Source of the DNA: Candidatus Omnitrophota bacterium
Lineage (GTDB): Bacteria > Omnitrophota > Gorgyraeia > Zapsychrales > Zapsychraceae
Assembly (NCBI GenBank): GCA_035292445.1
Contig: DATDQB010000008.1
Coordinates: forward strand, 40,033 to 104,032
DNA length: 64,000 nucleotides
Direction: 5' to 3'
Part shown: piece by piece, positions 8,106-19,109 of the stretch
Layout: each line of letters begins with the position of its first letter
Position numbering within the stretch: the stretch's first letter is position 1
Translations under genes and position numbers: made by a program
The notes under the pieces: generated by a model
Told to the model about the DNA's origin: nothing
Databases searched by the model: none
What the model saw: only the letters and a program-made list of their open reading frames with translations

Positions 8106-8555
8106 ATGTCAAAAAGACGAAACGGTAAATATCTTTTTGTCCTGGTCTTGGCGATGATGGTCAGTGCCGTTTCCTGCCTGGCCCCCAGCGCCGAAAAAGG
8201 ACTACCCGAACAATCATCAAACACCCGGATAACTGTCCAATTTGAGGATAATATTTCAGATGCTGTGCTGGAAGAGGAGATAGAATTCATAAAAAGCACC
8301 TATGCCATCAAAGAGATCTCAAGGCCTTTTGAGGCGGCTCAGACGGTCGATGAGGTAAAAAGAAAATTCCCGGAAAGGACAAGCCGTATTCCGGTGGGCG
8401 TTGAGCCTCCTGACATTTCACGGATGTTCGTCATCGAGTTCACGCAGCAACAAAAAAACATTGACCGGGTTTGTGAGGAATTGACGCAAAGGCCAACGAT
8501 CAAATACGCGCAACCTGAAATTTTAGCAACTTCCGATCAAGTGAGTGATGAATAA
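8106..8555 (+). CDS. secreted or lipoprotein paralog of the protease propeptide (peptidase-inhibitor I9-like)
   Basis: The signal peptide is KYLFVLVLAMMVSAVSC. FVIEFTQQQKNIDRVCEELTQRPTIKYAQPEIL aligns to the protease's own propeptide YIFEVPPGSDIKKMCQLYEADPHVAFAQPDYL. RITVQFEDNISDAV aligns to RFIVQFKSDWPHAL. Confidence 0.5.
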   Translation: MSKRRNGKYLFVLVLAMMVSAVSCLAPSAEKGLPEQSSNTRITVQFEDNISDAVLEEEIEFIKSTYAIKEISRPFEAAQTVDEVKRKFPERTSRIPVGVEPPDISRMFVIEFTQQQKNIDRVCEELTQRPTIKYAQPEILATSDQVSDE

Positions 8556-9879
8556 TAAATTACTCAAATCGTGCGTTCCAGGGTTTGCTTTTGTAGCGAT
8601 CCATTTGGTTTTGGCGCAATCGGCCGGGGCGCTTGACCGGCGTTCGGCCGCCGTTACAAAGGAATTGGATTGCGTGGCAGAAGCGTTTCAGGATGGCGCT
8701 GAGCTGACGTGGGCCGATGTGTGTTCCACAAATCCCAGAAAGGCACAGCAGGATGCCGTCACCCAAGAGTTGGATGCCTATGAAATCGAATATGAGTACG
8801 GCCGACAGAACCAGTATGAATCCTCTGTTGAATACCTACAGCATTTTATGAAAACAGCCCAAGACCGCCCGGTAGCTTATGAGGACAATGGGGGTGCGCC
8901 TTACGCGCAACCCATCCGGCGCAACGAGAGAATTTCCTCACCGGCGCTTGATCGTAAATATACGCAAGAACAGTACCGCGACTCAGGAAAGTTTATTAAA
9001 GCCAACATCGACATCAGGTCAGGCTATCGCTTCGATAATCTGGATTGGAGCATCGCCGGTAATTTGCAGGGGGCAAACCCCAATGTCTTTGCTGAATATT
9101 TTTTTGAAGACATCGAGGCCGCGCAGATCAAAGCCAAAGCGAATATCATTTTGGCCAACCGGCTGGTTTTTGATGGTTACGCGGCGTACGCGGAAATTTT
9201 GGACGGGGACAGCGAGGTTTCCGAATACGATGGCAATAACAGGACCGATCTGGCGATCAGGGACGAAAGCGACACCAACGAAGATAAATTGCTGGATTTC
9301 TCCGGCGCGCTGGGCTGGCGTTTTAAGATCGATGAAAACGATGTTTTAAGCGAGTTTTTTTCGCTGAACCAACTGTATTTGACATTTTTACTCGGGTATT
9401 CGCGCCATGAACAGCAGTTGAGTTTAACGGACGGCGTTACGGTGATCGATAACACCGCCACCCCCGACTTAGGGGCTTACGATGGATTGGACAGTAGTTA
9501 TGACGCCGAATGGAAAGGCCCTTGGGCTGGATTAGAGCTTTTCGGCCGAAAAGATAGAATCATGGGATTGTTTCGGGTAGAATATCATTTGGCGGATTAT
9601 TACGGCTGGGGGCAGCTGAACTTGCAGCCGAGCTTCCAGCAACCCAAAAGTTTTGAGCATACGACGGAAGGCAACGGCTGGATCTTTAATTTGGATCTGG
9701 GTTATCAATTGACCGAGAACTTTAGTCTTGATTTTGCGGGGGACCTTCAGCTGTGGAACGCCAAAGAAGGCGTTGATCGGCTATTTCTGATTGATGGGAG
9801 CGTTGATGAGCGCCAGTTGAATGAAGTCAACTGGGAATCGTATGCCTTAATGTTGGGAGCCACGCTACGGTTTCATTGA
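8545..9879 (+). CDS. putative outer-membrane β-barrel protein (secreted, D/Y/G-rich)
   Basis: It has an N-terminal signal peptide (FAFVAIHLVLAQSAGA). Amphipathic alternating segments occur, e.g. LGYQLTENFSLDFAGDLQLW. The C-terminus is …GATLRFH. No specific family is recognised. Confidence 0.3.
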   Translation: MMNNKLLKSCVPGFAFVAIHLVLAQSAGALDRRSAAVTKELDCVAEAFQDGAELTWADVCSTNPRKAQQDAVTQELDAYEIEYEYGRQNQYESSVEYLQHFMKTAQDRPVAYEDNGGAPYAQPIRRNERISSPALDRKYTQEQYRDSGKFIKANIDIRSGYRFDNLDWSIAGNLQGANPNVFAEYFFEDIEAAQIKAKANIILANRLVFDGYAAYAEILDGDSEVSEYDGNNRTDLAIRDESDTNEDKLLDFSGALGWRFKIDENDVLSEFFSLNQLYLTFLLGYSRHEQQLSLTDGVTVIDNTATPDLGAYDGLDSSYDAEWKGPWAGLELFGRKDRIMGLFRVEYHLADYYGWGQLNLQPSFQQPKSFEHTTEGNGWIFNLDLGYQLTENFSLDFAGDLQLWNAKEGVDRLFLIDGSVDERQLNEVNWESYALMLGATLRFH

Positions 9880-10006
9880 AATAGCCGCAACATGGTGCGG
9901 TAAGAGGGAAGGGTTGACAAATGTCGTTTAGATGTTGTATCCTTAAAACAGAGAAGTTTATTAGTAAAAAGCCTGTAAGCAAAGCCTGTTATACAAAAAT
10001 CATTGG

Positions 10007-10045
10007 CCACGGATCGTTGTTTGATAAAGTCCGTGGTTTTTTATT
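10007..10045 (+). terminator. rho-independent terminator downstream of the 8545-9879 gene
   Basis: ccacgga pairs with tccgtgg across a loop of N16, and is followed by ttttttatt. Confidence 0.5.
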
Positions 10046-10062
10046 GTCCTAAAGGAGACTTT

Positions 10063-11259
10063 ATGGCCGATGAAACCTTCACGGATTTTACGCAGCCTTT
10101 AAAAGTACTGGTCGTTGAAGACAGCAACATCGACCGGCGCATCTTGGAGTCGATGCTCCAGGAAAAGGAAGAATACAGCGCGCTTCTTAAGGTCGCTGAT
10201 TCGTTGGCGAAAACGCTTCAGCTCTTTGACGAATTTGAGTTTGATGTGGTTATCCTTGATCTGAATTTGCCCGATAGCCAGGGTGAAGAAACGCTCTTCA
10301 AACTGACGGCAAAGAATCCTAAAATTGCCGTGGTTGTCAATACGGGAGCCTACGAAGACCGGGTGGGCTTAAAGACGTTAAGCATGGGCGCCCAGGATTT
10401 TCTCGTTAAAGGTAAATACACGGCGTATCTGTTGAACAAGGTCCTTCATTACGCCGTTGAGCGCAAACGTTTCGAGCTCAAGCTCAAGGATGCCTACGAA
10501 AAACTGAAAGAAACGCAATCGCAGCTGATCCATGCCGAGAAAATGAAGGTGATCGGCGCTTTGGCGAGCGGGGTCGCCCACGAGGTCAAGAATCCCTTGG
10601 CGACCATCCTTTACGGGATCACGTACCTGTCGGAGGTACTGGACCCAAAAGATGAGAAGCTTCAAACGGTATTGCGCAATATCAAAGACGCCAGCGGCCG
10701 GGCGGATAGGATCATCACGGATTTGTTGGATTTTGCCCGGTTAAGGCAGTTGAAAAAGGAAAAACAAAATATCAACGATGCCATTGAAAAAACACTGGGA
10801 CTGATCAAGCACGAATTGGACCGAAAGCACATTCAAATGGAAAAACGATTAAGCAAAGATCTTGCGGCCGTGGAAATCGATGCCAATAAAATCGAGCAGG
10901 TATTGGTCAACTTGATGCTCAATGCGATTAATGCGATGGAACGTGATGGGCGCTTAACGGTGACCAGTGCTGCGGTTGAACTTTCAGAGGATTTGCACGA
11001 AATCCCCGACCTTCACCGCCGGCACTTTAAGCCCAACGATAGGGTCGTTCGCGTGACAGTGGAGGACACCGGAGGCGGCATACCGGCCGGTGAATTGGAT
11101 AAAATTTTTGAGCCTTTTTTCACCACCAGGCGCGCCGAAGGCGGCCTGGGTCTGGGGCTGTCGGTTTCCAGGAACATCATGGAAATTCACGAAGGGAGCA
11201 TCTCTATTGAAAATAAGAAAGAAGGGGGTGCGCAAGCAGTGCTGCATTTCAAAATTTGA
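10063..11259 (+). CDS. cytoplasmic hybrid histidine kinase (REC-HisKA-HATPase_c) with no sensor or transmembrane domain
   Basis: The RBS AAGGAGA precedes ATG 10063. The REC domain has VVILDLNLPD. The HisKA domain has GVAHEVKNPLATI. The HATPase domain has GGGIPAGELDKIFEPFFTTR…GLGLGLS. Confidence 0.8.
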   Translation: MADETFTDFTQPLKVLVVEDSNIDRRILESMLQEKEEYSALLKVADSLAKTLQLFDEFEFDVVILDLNLPDSQGEETLFKLTAKNPKIAVVVNTGAYEDRVGLKTLSMGAQDFLVKGKYTAYLLNKVLHYAVERKRFELKLKDAYEKLKETQSQLIHAEKMKVIGALASGVAHEVKNPLATILYGITYLSEVLDPKDEKLQTVLRNIKDASGRADRIITDLLDFARLRQLKKEKQNINDAIEKTLGLIKHELDRKHIQMEKRLSKDLAAVEIDANKIEQVLVNLMLNAINAMERDGRLTVTSAAVELSEDLHEIPDLHRRHFKPNDRVVRVTVEDTGGGIPAGELDKIFEPFFTTRRAEGGLGLGLSVSRNIMEIHEGSISIENKKEGGAQAVLHFKI

Positions 11260-11280
11260 CACCGGGAGGTAAGTTGCTTT

Positions 11281-11667
11281 ATGGAAGAAAAAAAGAAAAT
11301 ACTTATCATCGATGACGAAAAAGGCTTCACTTCCATGTTGCAATTGAATTTAGAGTCCATAGGAGAATATGAAGTGAGGGTTGAAAACCGGGCTGAGAAG
11401 GCCCTAGAGATCGCTTTGCAGTTCCAGCCCGATATTATTCTTCTTGATGTCATCATGCCAAATGTGGAAGGGCCGGACGTGGCCAACATCATTCACACCA
11501 ATGAGGGGTTAAAGGACATCCCTATTATTTTTCTTACGGCCACCGTTACCAAAGATGAGGTGGATGCCCAGAACGGGAAGATCGGCGGGCATACTTTTGT
11601 CGCCAAGCCGAGCAGCCTGTCCGATTTGACCACTTCCATCAAAAGAAACCTGTTACCCGCGTTTTAG
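11281..11667 (+). CDS. single-domain response regulator (CheY-like REC)
   Basis: KILIIDDEKGF…IILLDVIMPNVEGPDV…IIFLTA is a REC domain. Confidence 0.8.
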   Translation: MEEKKKILIIDDEKGFTSMLQLNLESIGEYEVRVENRAEKALEIALQFQPDIILLDVIMPNVEGPDVANIIHTNEGLKDIPIIFLTATVTKDEVDAQNGKIGGHTFVAKPSSLSDLTTSIKRNLLPAF

Positions 11668-11743
11668 AAGTATTTTTAGCTTTTATTTCTGCCCCCAAGC
11701 CAAAGATCACCAACTTGATAAATGTTTTATTATTCCCGCCGTA

Positions 11744-11753
11744 GTGCTATACT
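11744..11753 (+). promoter_or_regulatory. extended -10 element TGcTATACT
   Basis: The 10-mer gtgctatact is identical to the one at 296-305. Confidence 0.3.
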
Positions 11754-11779
11754 CATCCCATAATCATTGACGGCCAATC

Positions 11780-13334
11780 ATGGGAAAAATCAATAATCAG
11801 GTAGTTTTATTATTTTGCGCGTTTTTCTTCTTGCCGGGTTTAAGTTCGGCCGCGGATATCGACCCTGCCATCATCCGGACTTTTCTTGAACAAAGCAAGG
11901 CGCTGTTGCAACAAGGGCAGGCCAACGAAGCGGCGGATCGTTTGGGCCGGGCGTTTCTCCTGGACCCGCAAAACAAGGACGTGCGCGAGCGCCTGCTTGA
12001 GGTGAGCAACCATCCTTCGTTGAGGGCAGAGCAAAAGCTGCAATTGAATTTATTCAACGGATTGTTGGGCTTTCTCAATAATTTGGAAGAAAAGAGAAGC
12101 TATTTTGAGCAAAAGAGAAAAGACTTACTCCAGCAGCTGGTGCGCGAAGGCACCGATGAAGGGTATCTGACGCTGGAGATGCGCTTGATCGAAGATGCCG
12201 CGCAAAAGGAGCTTTCCTTAAAAGAGGCGCAATGGCAAAAGTGGTTCCTGGAGAAAAAAGACCCCTTGGGGATGATCAACGCTTCTTTGCAACGCTCCCG
12301 TCAGGAGCTTTTGGCCCAAACGCAGACGCTTCAGGAGCAATTCACCCGCCTTAAAGAAATCAACAAAGAGCGATCCGCACAGCAGGCGCAAACGGCAAGA
12401 ATAGACGAAAAAGATGCTTACCCTCCCTTAAAGCAGACGCAGTTTGTCAGCGCTCAGGAACCAGCCTTGGACCAGACGATCCAGGCGAAGATGGCCGCGT
12501 TGTCCAAGCAGGTTGTCGACCTTTCGCTGAAACTGGAAGAGGCTAGAAACGTGGCTCTTAAAAGCTCAGAACAGATCGGATTCTTGAAGGAGCAGATAGA
12601 CGGCTTTAAGTCAAGGCATGATCTAAGCGAACGGATCATTGATGAGAAGAATCAGGAAATGGTGTTGATGAACCAGCAAATCGCGGATCTGCAGGCGCAG
12701 TTGAAATTAAGGGAACATTTTGTCCAGGAGAAAGACGACGATTTGACACATATGCAGCAAAAGAGCTCCGATGAAACACAGGGTCTTGTGAAAGAAAACC
12801 AGGAGCTTAAACAGCTGGTCAGGGCACAAAGAACTGAGATCCGCCAATTAGACGCCATGCTGGAAGTTTACCAGGAACGATCGGCGTTTTTTGCGCAACC
12901 AACGGCCAGTGTCACAACGGACCAGATCGAGGAATACAAAGGGATCATTGAGATTTATCAGTGGTTTTTAAAAGAAGCGCGCGACGGAGCCCTGGCGGCA
13001 AACAAGGAGTTCGATCATTTAGAAAAGGACCTCGAGCAGATAAAGGAGCAACTCACGCTTAAAAGCCAATTGCTTTTGGACACGGAGTATAAGTTGATGA
13101 CCATCAAACGGGACCTGACGGATGTTCAGGCGCAATTTGCCGTTGTAAAAAATCTGCCGGAAGCGCAGGAACACGCCCAACTCGAAGCCCATATGGACAG
13201 CTTGGAGGAAAAACTGCAAAGTATCCATAAATTTCTATTGCAACAGCTAAGCGATTTTGAGAAACTAAATAGCCATAAAATGGCGGGGGAGCTTAAAGAC
13301 ATCGACCGGGTTTTAAAGCTTAATATGGAGCGCA

Positions 13335-13348
<14 letters not shown>
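11780..13348 (+). CDS. secreted long coiled-coil protein
   Basis: The signal peptide is VVLLFCAFFFLPGLSSA. Beyond it the protein is Q/E/K/L-rich heptad sequence for more than 400 aa. Confidence 0.45.
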
Positions 13349-14849
<1,501 letters not shown>

Positions 14850-14858
14850 CATTTCCCG

Positions 14859-15275
14859 ATGAAACAGAGAATACTATTTGTTTGCATTCATAATAGTGCC
14901 CGAAGCCAAATGGCGGAGGCGTTTGTCAATACGCTGGCCCCCAAACGGTTTTTCGCTGAGAGCGCCGGAATCGAGCCTGGGAAGCTGAACCCGTTGGTGG
15001 TGGAAGCCATGAAAGAAATCGGCATTGACATTTCAAATAATAAAACAAAAAGCATCCAGGATTTTATCAAGGCAGGGAAAACGTTCGAGTATCTGATTAC
15101 TGTCTGTGATGAAACGGGCGCACAGCGCTGTCCCGTAGTACCGGGAACCGGCCAGCGGCTTCATTTCGGGTTTGCTGACCCATTGGCATTCACGGGTTCT
15201 AAGGAAGAAAAAATGGAAAAAATAAGGAAAGTGAGAGACCAGATACGGACCGCCATCGTGTCATGGCTCAAGTAA
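14859..15275 (+). CDS. arsenate reductase / low-molecular-weight phosphotyrosine phosphatase family protein (thioredoxin-coupled ArsC-like)
   Basis: The C-x5-R P-loop is ILFVCIHNSARSQMAEAF. The downstream pair TVCDE…QRCP corresponds to Cys82 and Cys89 of Bacillus-type ArsC. Confidence 0.65.
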   Translation: MKQRILFVCIHNSARSQMAEAFVNTLAPKRFFAESAGIEPGKLNPLVVEAMKEIGIDISNNKTKSIQDFIKAGKTFEYLITVCDETGAQRCPVVPGTGQRLHFGFADPLAFTGSKEEKMEKIRKVRDQIRTAIVSWLK

Positions 15276-15399
15276 ATGAAAGCGGCGCATGGGTAATCAA
15301 GACGCCTCCCGGTGCACCCAATATTCCTATATCCCTGGGAATCAATAAGTTGCATCTTATCAGACGCGTGTTATACTTAAAGAGAGCTAAAGAGGATAA

Positions 15400-15837
15400 A
15401 TGATGCGCGTCAAGCATAATCAAAAATTCGTAGGGATACTGATATTCTTTTTCCTTTGCTCCGGGGTTGATCTGTCGGTCGCCGGCAATGAGGCGGATGT
15501 GGTGTATGCTATCCGAAAAGCCTTTTGGGACAGCACCGGTAAAGAATGGGATGGGGCAACTGTTGAAGAAAAGGAAGAATTTCTAATAGAATATGAAAAA
15601 GAGCAGCAAGAATTGGCCAAGGAAGAGCGTCTCAGGCAAGAAGAGCGAGAACGGCACGAGCAGGAACTGATCAAAAAAAGAGAGAAAGAGCTCAAAACGC
15701 TTCAGCGGCTGGAAAAAGATCGGCAACGGAAGAAGCGCAATGAACAAAAACAGCTCGAACGAGAGAGGAAGGAACGGACAAGACAGATGCTGGATTTGAA
15801 ACGTAAGATCCAGGAGCAACGCAAGAGGAACCGCTAG
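15400..15837 (+). CDS. small secreted, highly charged (E/R/K-rich) coiled-coil protein
   Basis: A signal peptide (ILIFFFLCSGVDLSVAG) is followed by an ERLRQEERERHEQELIKKREKELK-type sequence. Confidence 0.35.
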   Translation: MMRVKHNQKFVGILIFFFLCSGVDLSVAGNEADVVYAIRKAFWDSTGKEWDGATVEEKEEFLIEYEKEQQELAKEERLRQEERERHEQELIKKREKELKTLQRLEKDRQRKKRNEQKQLERERKERTRQMLDLKRKIQEQRKRNR

Positions 15838-15876
15838 ACCACCCCTCCTTATAAGATCCATCAACGTTTTTTGTCC

Positions 15877-15904
15877 TTGTTATTTCAAGCTTAAGCCGTA
15901 TAAT
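15877..15904 (+). promoter_or_regulatory. sigma70-like promoter TTGTTA-N16-TATAAT
   Basis: ttgtta lies at 15877-15882 and tataat at 15899-15904. Confidence 0.4.
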
Positions 15905-15926
15905 GTTGTTCATGTCCAGGAAACGT

Positions 15927-16580
15927 ATGAAAGTCAAGGCCGTTATTTTCGATATGGACGGGGTTATCACCAACACGATGCCGGATCATTTCCGCGCCTG
16001 GCAAAAAGTGTTGGCTGAAGAGGGGATCAACGCCACGCACGAGGATATTTACAGCCGCGAAGGGCAAAAAGGTTTGCAGAGCGTCAGGGAAATCTTTGCC
16101 GAACACGGCAAGCCTTTTCATTTGAAAGAAGCCAGGGCCATTCTAAAAAAGAAAGAGGAATTATTTAAGAAAATTGTCAAAATAAGGTTTGTCCGGGGGG
16201 CCAGGACATTACTAAGAAAGTTAAAACGAAAGAATATCGAGTTGGCATTAGTGACCGGGACCTCGCGGCACGAGCTTCATAAAATTCTTCCCCATTCCAT
16301 TTACCGGCTGTTTCGCATCAGCGTAACCGGCAGCGACGTCAGATGCGGCAAACCGCACCCCGAACCTTATTTGAAAGCGTTAAAAACGTTGGGGGTAACG
16401 GCCCGCCAAACAATTGTTATTGAAAATGCGCCTTTCGGCATCCGGTCGGCGAAAGGTGCCGGCATCCGGTGCCTGGCCCTGGAAACGTCATTGTCCCGGC
16501 GCTATCTTAAGGGAGCGGATGCGGTTTTTTCATCCGTTAAAGAATTGGAAAACCAAATTCATTTCTCCAGCCATGTTTAA
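15927..16580 (+). CDS. HAD-superfamily hydrolase, subfamily IA (β-phosphoglucomutase-like)
   Basis: AVIFDMDGVITNT is the DxDG motif I. The start at 15927 is preferred because AGGAAA lies 8 nt upstream. Confidence 0.75.
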   Translation: MKVKAVIFDMDGVITNTMPDHFRAWQKVLAEEGINATHEDIYSREGQKGLQSVREIFAEHGKPFHLKEARAILKKKEELFKKIVKIRFVRGARTLLRKLKRKNIELALVTGTSRHELHKILPHSIYRLFRISVTGSDVRCGKPHPEPYLKALKTLGVTARQTIVIENAPFGIRSAKGAGIRCLALETSLSRRYLKGADAVFSSVKELENQIHFSSHV

Positions 16581-17442
16581 AAACATCCTTGTTTTATACA
16601 AAAAAAGCGCTTATAAGATTTATTTCGTTGAACGCAAAGGCTCCATCAGGACCGCCCCTAAAGGGGTTATGGCCGCGCAAATCAAACATTTTCAAAACGC
16701 CCATGAAGTCCATTACCGTGCGCTCAAAATTGTCACGCGGGCCCTCCAAGAGAATGCCGTCCGATTTACAGCTCTTTCCCGCGGGCAAAAAATCAATTAC
16801 GGCCGGTATGATTTGATTATTACGGTAGGAGGGGACGGGACGTTTCTTGAGGCCGCCCACAACAGCGACAAACAGGTCTTGTTGGGCGTCAATTCGGCGC
16901 CAGGTTACAGCACGGGCACTTTTTGCATCGCAACGGCGAATAATTTCAGAAAAGTTCTCAATAAGATATTAAAGAAAAGGTATACGATCGTTCCCCTGCA
17001 CCGATTGAGGATGGAATTCAATAATTCTTCAAAGGCGTTGGACGCCCTTAACGATGTTTTGATATGCCACGAGAATCCGGCCATGGTAAGCCGGTATATC
17101 CTTAAAGTTAACGGGCACCAGGAAGACCAGCGCAGCTCCGGCTTATGGGTGTCAACGGCGGCGGGCAGTTCCGGCGCCATCCATTCGGCCGGCGGGAAAA
17201 TTTTGCAAAAGACGAAAAAAGCCATCCAGTACAAGCCCCGTGAATTGTACCCCCGGAGTTTTAAAAAATACCGCTTAAACGGAGGCATTTTATCCACCGG
17301 TCGGTCCATCAAGGTTATTTCCCTGATGAGAAAAGGGGTGGTTTACGCCGATGGGGCCCATATCCGTTTTCCTTTTGAATACGGAGTAACGGCACATATC
17401 CGCGTCTCACCGTCACCCGTTAAAACGGTACGCTTAAAATGA
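16573..17442 (+). CDS. nadK: NAD(+) kinase
   Basis: DLIITVGGDGTFLEAA is the GGDGT motif, followed by NSAPGYSTGTF. The ORF-track start at 16414 is an upstream read-through. ATG 16573 overlaps the stop of the previous gene by 8 nt. Confidence 0.7.
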   Translation: MFKNILVLYKKSAYKIYFVERKGSIRTAPKGVMAAQIKHFQNAHEVHYRALKIVTRALQENAVRFTALSRGQKINYGRYDLIITVGGDGTFLEAAHNSDKQVLLGVNSAPGYSTGTFCIATANNFRKVLNKILKKRYTIVPLHRLRMEFNNSSKALDALNDVLICHENPAMVSRYILKVNGHQEDQRSSGLWVSTAAGSSGAIHSAGGKILQKTKKAIQYKPRELYPRSFKKYRLNGGILSTGRSIKVISLMRKGVVYADGAHIRFPFEYGVTAHIRVSPSPVKTVRLK

Positions 17443-17798
17443 AAGCCGCCCTTGTTATTTCCCATGGAAGCCGCTCATCAAAAACCAAAGAAGAAGTTGC
17501 GGCGCTTATTCGAAAAATAAAAAAAAGAAGCTCAATTACCATCATCGAATACGCTTTTCTGGAACTGGAATCGCCGGATATTTCCACAGGCATCGGACGT
17601 TGCATCGACAAAGGGGCGACGGACATTTTAATCATGCTTAATTTTCTGAATGCCGGAAGGCACGTTGATCAGAATGTCCCTGCCATTATCCGCAAAACCC
17701 GGGAAAAATTCCCTTCCGTAAAAATAAAAATCTCCAAGCCTATAGGTCAGCATAAAGGCATTGTTGATTTGTTTGTTGATAGCATCCAATCCGCATGA
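17439..17798 (+). CDS. cbiX: small CbiX-type sirohydrochlorin chelatase (CbiXS/SirB-like)
   Basis: It is ~119 aa with KAALVISHGSRS…ILIMLNFLNAGRHV. It is co-localised with sulfite-reduction genes, which need siroheme. Confidence 0.6.
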   Translation: MKAALVISHGSRSSKTKEEVAALIRKIKKRSSITIIEYAFLELESPDISTGIGRCIDKGATDILIMLNFLNAGRHVDQNVPAIIRKTREKFPSVKIKISKPIGQHKGIVDLFVDSIQSA

Positions 17799-18853
17799 CG
17801 AGCGATGCCAAACAGTTAGCACCGGCGTTAAACGCTTGGTACGTTAAAGGTGCCAGAGACCTTCCTTGGCGGCGCACGCGGGATCCCTACAAAATTTGGA
17901 TTTCGGAGGTGATGCTGCAGCAAACGACCGTACCAACCGTCATCCCTTATTATAAAAAATGGACCCAAGATTACCTCACCGTTAAACACGTTGCCGGCGC
18001 TTCTTTAGAGAGAATACTTAAATCCTGGCAGGGTCTGGGCTATTATCAGCGCGCCAGGAACATCCACAAAGCCGCCAAGTTGATTGTTGAAAAATACAGT
18101 GCAAGAATCCCGGATGATTACGAAACATTAAGGACAATTCCCGGGTTCGGCCCGTACACGGCGGGGGCGGTTTTAAGCATTGCCTTTGATAAAAGATATC
18201 CGATCGTTGATGCTAACATAAGGCGCGTGGTGATGAGACTGTTGGCGATTAAAAAGCAAGCAACGGCTCAGGTAGACAAGGACGTTTATGCCTATTTGGA
18301 CAAAATAATGCCCAAGAGAAATTTGAGGACCTTTAATCAGGCCTTGATGGAACTTGGCGCGCTTGTTTGCAAGAATAAAGAGCCGCTATGTTCGATGTGC
18401 CCAATCAAAGATCGTTGCAAAGCTTTTAAACGGGGCATCCAGGAATTGATCCCGCAAAGAAAAGAAAAATTGACACACGAAATCGATGTGGCCGTGGGCA
18501 TCATGGAACGAAGCGACAAATTTTTTATCCAAAAAAGGCCGCCCAAAGGCCTTCTGGCCGGTTTATGGGAATTTCCAGGCGGTAAAGTTAAAAAGGGAGA
18601 AACCCATCGGCAAGCCCTTAAGCGCGAATTAAAAGAAGAATTGGGCATCACTGTTAAAGATGCAGCATTTTTAACCCGCATCAAGCATTTTTACACCAAG
18701 TACAAGGTCAATTTATACGCTTATCTCTGCAATACAGAAGCTGTCCTTTTTGAAGACCGAAATAAAAAATGGGTAGGAAAGGGAGAGTTCTTTCGCTACC
18801 CCATGCCGTCCGGAACAGCTAAATTAGTTAAACATCTCGAAGATACCTTATAA
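17795..18853 (+). CDS. mutY: A/G-specific adenine DNA glycosylase MutY with a C-terminal NUDIX-like domain
   Basis: LPWRRTRDPYKIWISEVMLQQT is the HhH-GPD signature. The Fe-S cysteines are CKNKEPLCSMCPIKDRC. Confidence 0.85.
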   Translation: MTSDAKQLAPALNAWYVKGARDLPWRRTRDPYKIWISEVMLQQTTVPTVIPYYKKWTQDYLTVKHVAGASLERILKSWQGLGYYQRARNIHKAAKLIVEKYSARIPDDYETLRTIPGFGPYTAGAVLSIAFDKRYPIVDANIRRVVMRLLAIKKQATAQVDKDVYAYLDKIMPKRNLRTFNQALMELGALVCKNKEPLCSMCPIKDRCKAFKRGIQELIPQRKEKLTHEIDVAVGIMERSDKFFIQKRPPKGLLAGLWEFPGGKVKKGETHRQALKRELKEELGITVKDAAFLTRIKHFYTKYKVNLYAYLCNTEAVLFEDRNKKWVGKGEFFRYPMPSGTAKLVKHLEDTL

Positions 18854-18860
18854 TTAATCC

Positions 18861-18889
18861 TTGACAAAAGAGAAGAAATGTTGTAAATT
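18861..18889 (+). promoter_or_regulatory. sigma70-like promoter TTGACA-N17-TAAATT driving the rrf2/cys operon leader
   Basis: ttgaca lies at 18861-18866 and taaatt at 18884-18889, 17 nt apart. tg is immediately upstream of the -10. Confidence 0.45.
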
Positions 18890-18964
18890 TTAAATAGCTT
18901 AAAACATAAGTAACTTAATTAAGTTAGTAAAGATTACTGGATTCGCGTGGATTTTTAAGTTTTT

Positions 18965-19105
18965 TGTGGTAACCCCTCGACTTCGTCGCCTTCGGCGACT
19001 TCGCTCGGGGTGGTTCAACGCGCTGATCCAGTGGTGAGTCCCTCGAACTTACTCGGGATCCTTCGAGGGATCCTGAGCTTGTCGAAGGACAAGCGGAGCG
19101 CGTCG
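18965..19105 (+). promoter_or_regulatory. GC-rich structured 5' leader with mutually exclusive hairpins upstream of the sulfur-assimilation operon; candidate cis-regulatory RNA
   Basis: It is ~60% GC in a ~30% GC spacer. Hairpin 1 is GTCGCC-uuc-GGCGAC (18985-18999). Hairpin A pairs 19039-19047 with 19062-19070 (9 bp). Hairpin B pairs 19052-19061 with 19068-19077 (10 bp including one G·U) and excludes A. Hairpin C is GCUUGUC-GAAG-GACAAGC (19077-19094) with a GNRA loop. Confidence 0.4.
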
Positions 19106-19109
19106 AACC

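Noticed and set aside
8879-9349. 156-aa alternative-frame ORF inside the 8545-9879 gene, and similar internal ORFs (e.g. 7082-7576, 7577-7870, 14014-14265)
   Set aside because: They are embedded out of frame or antisense in longer, better-supported CDSs. They are low-complexity (R/S/T/A-rich) as expected from frame-shifted GC-rich coding sequence.
16414-16572. N-terminal 53-aa extension of the NAD kinase ORF in the ORF track
   Set aside because: This part lies inside the HAD hydrolase CDS in another frame and has no kinase homology. ATG 16573 gives a normal NadK N-terminus.
19007-19023. GGGTGGTTCAACGCG in the cys leader resembles the T-box antiterminator core AGGGUGGNACCGCG
   Set aside because: The similarity is partial. 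There is no downstream terminator hairpin with a U-tract and no specifier-loop context, so I do not call a T-box. The region is kept only as part of the unclassified structured leader.
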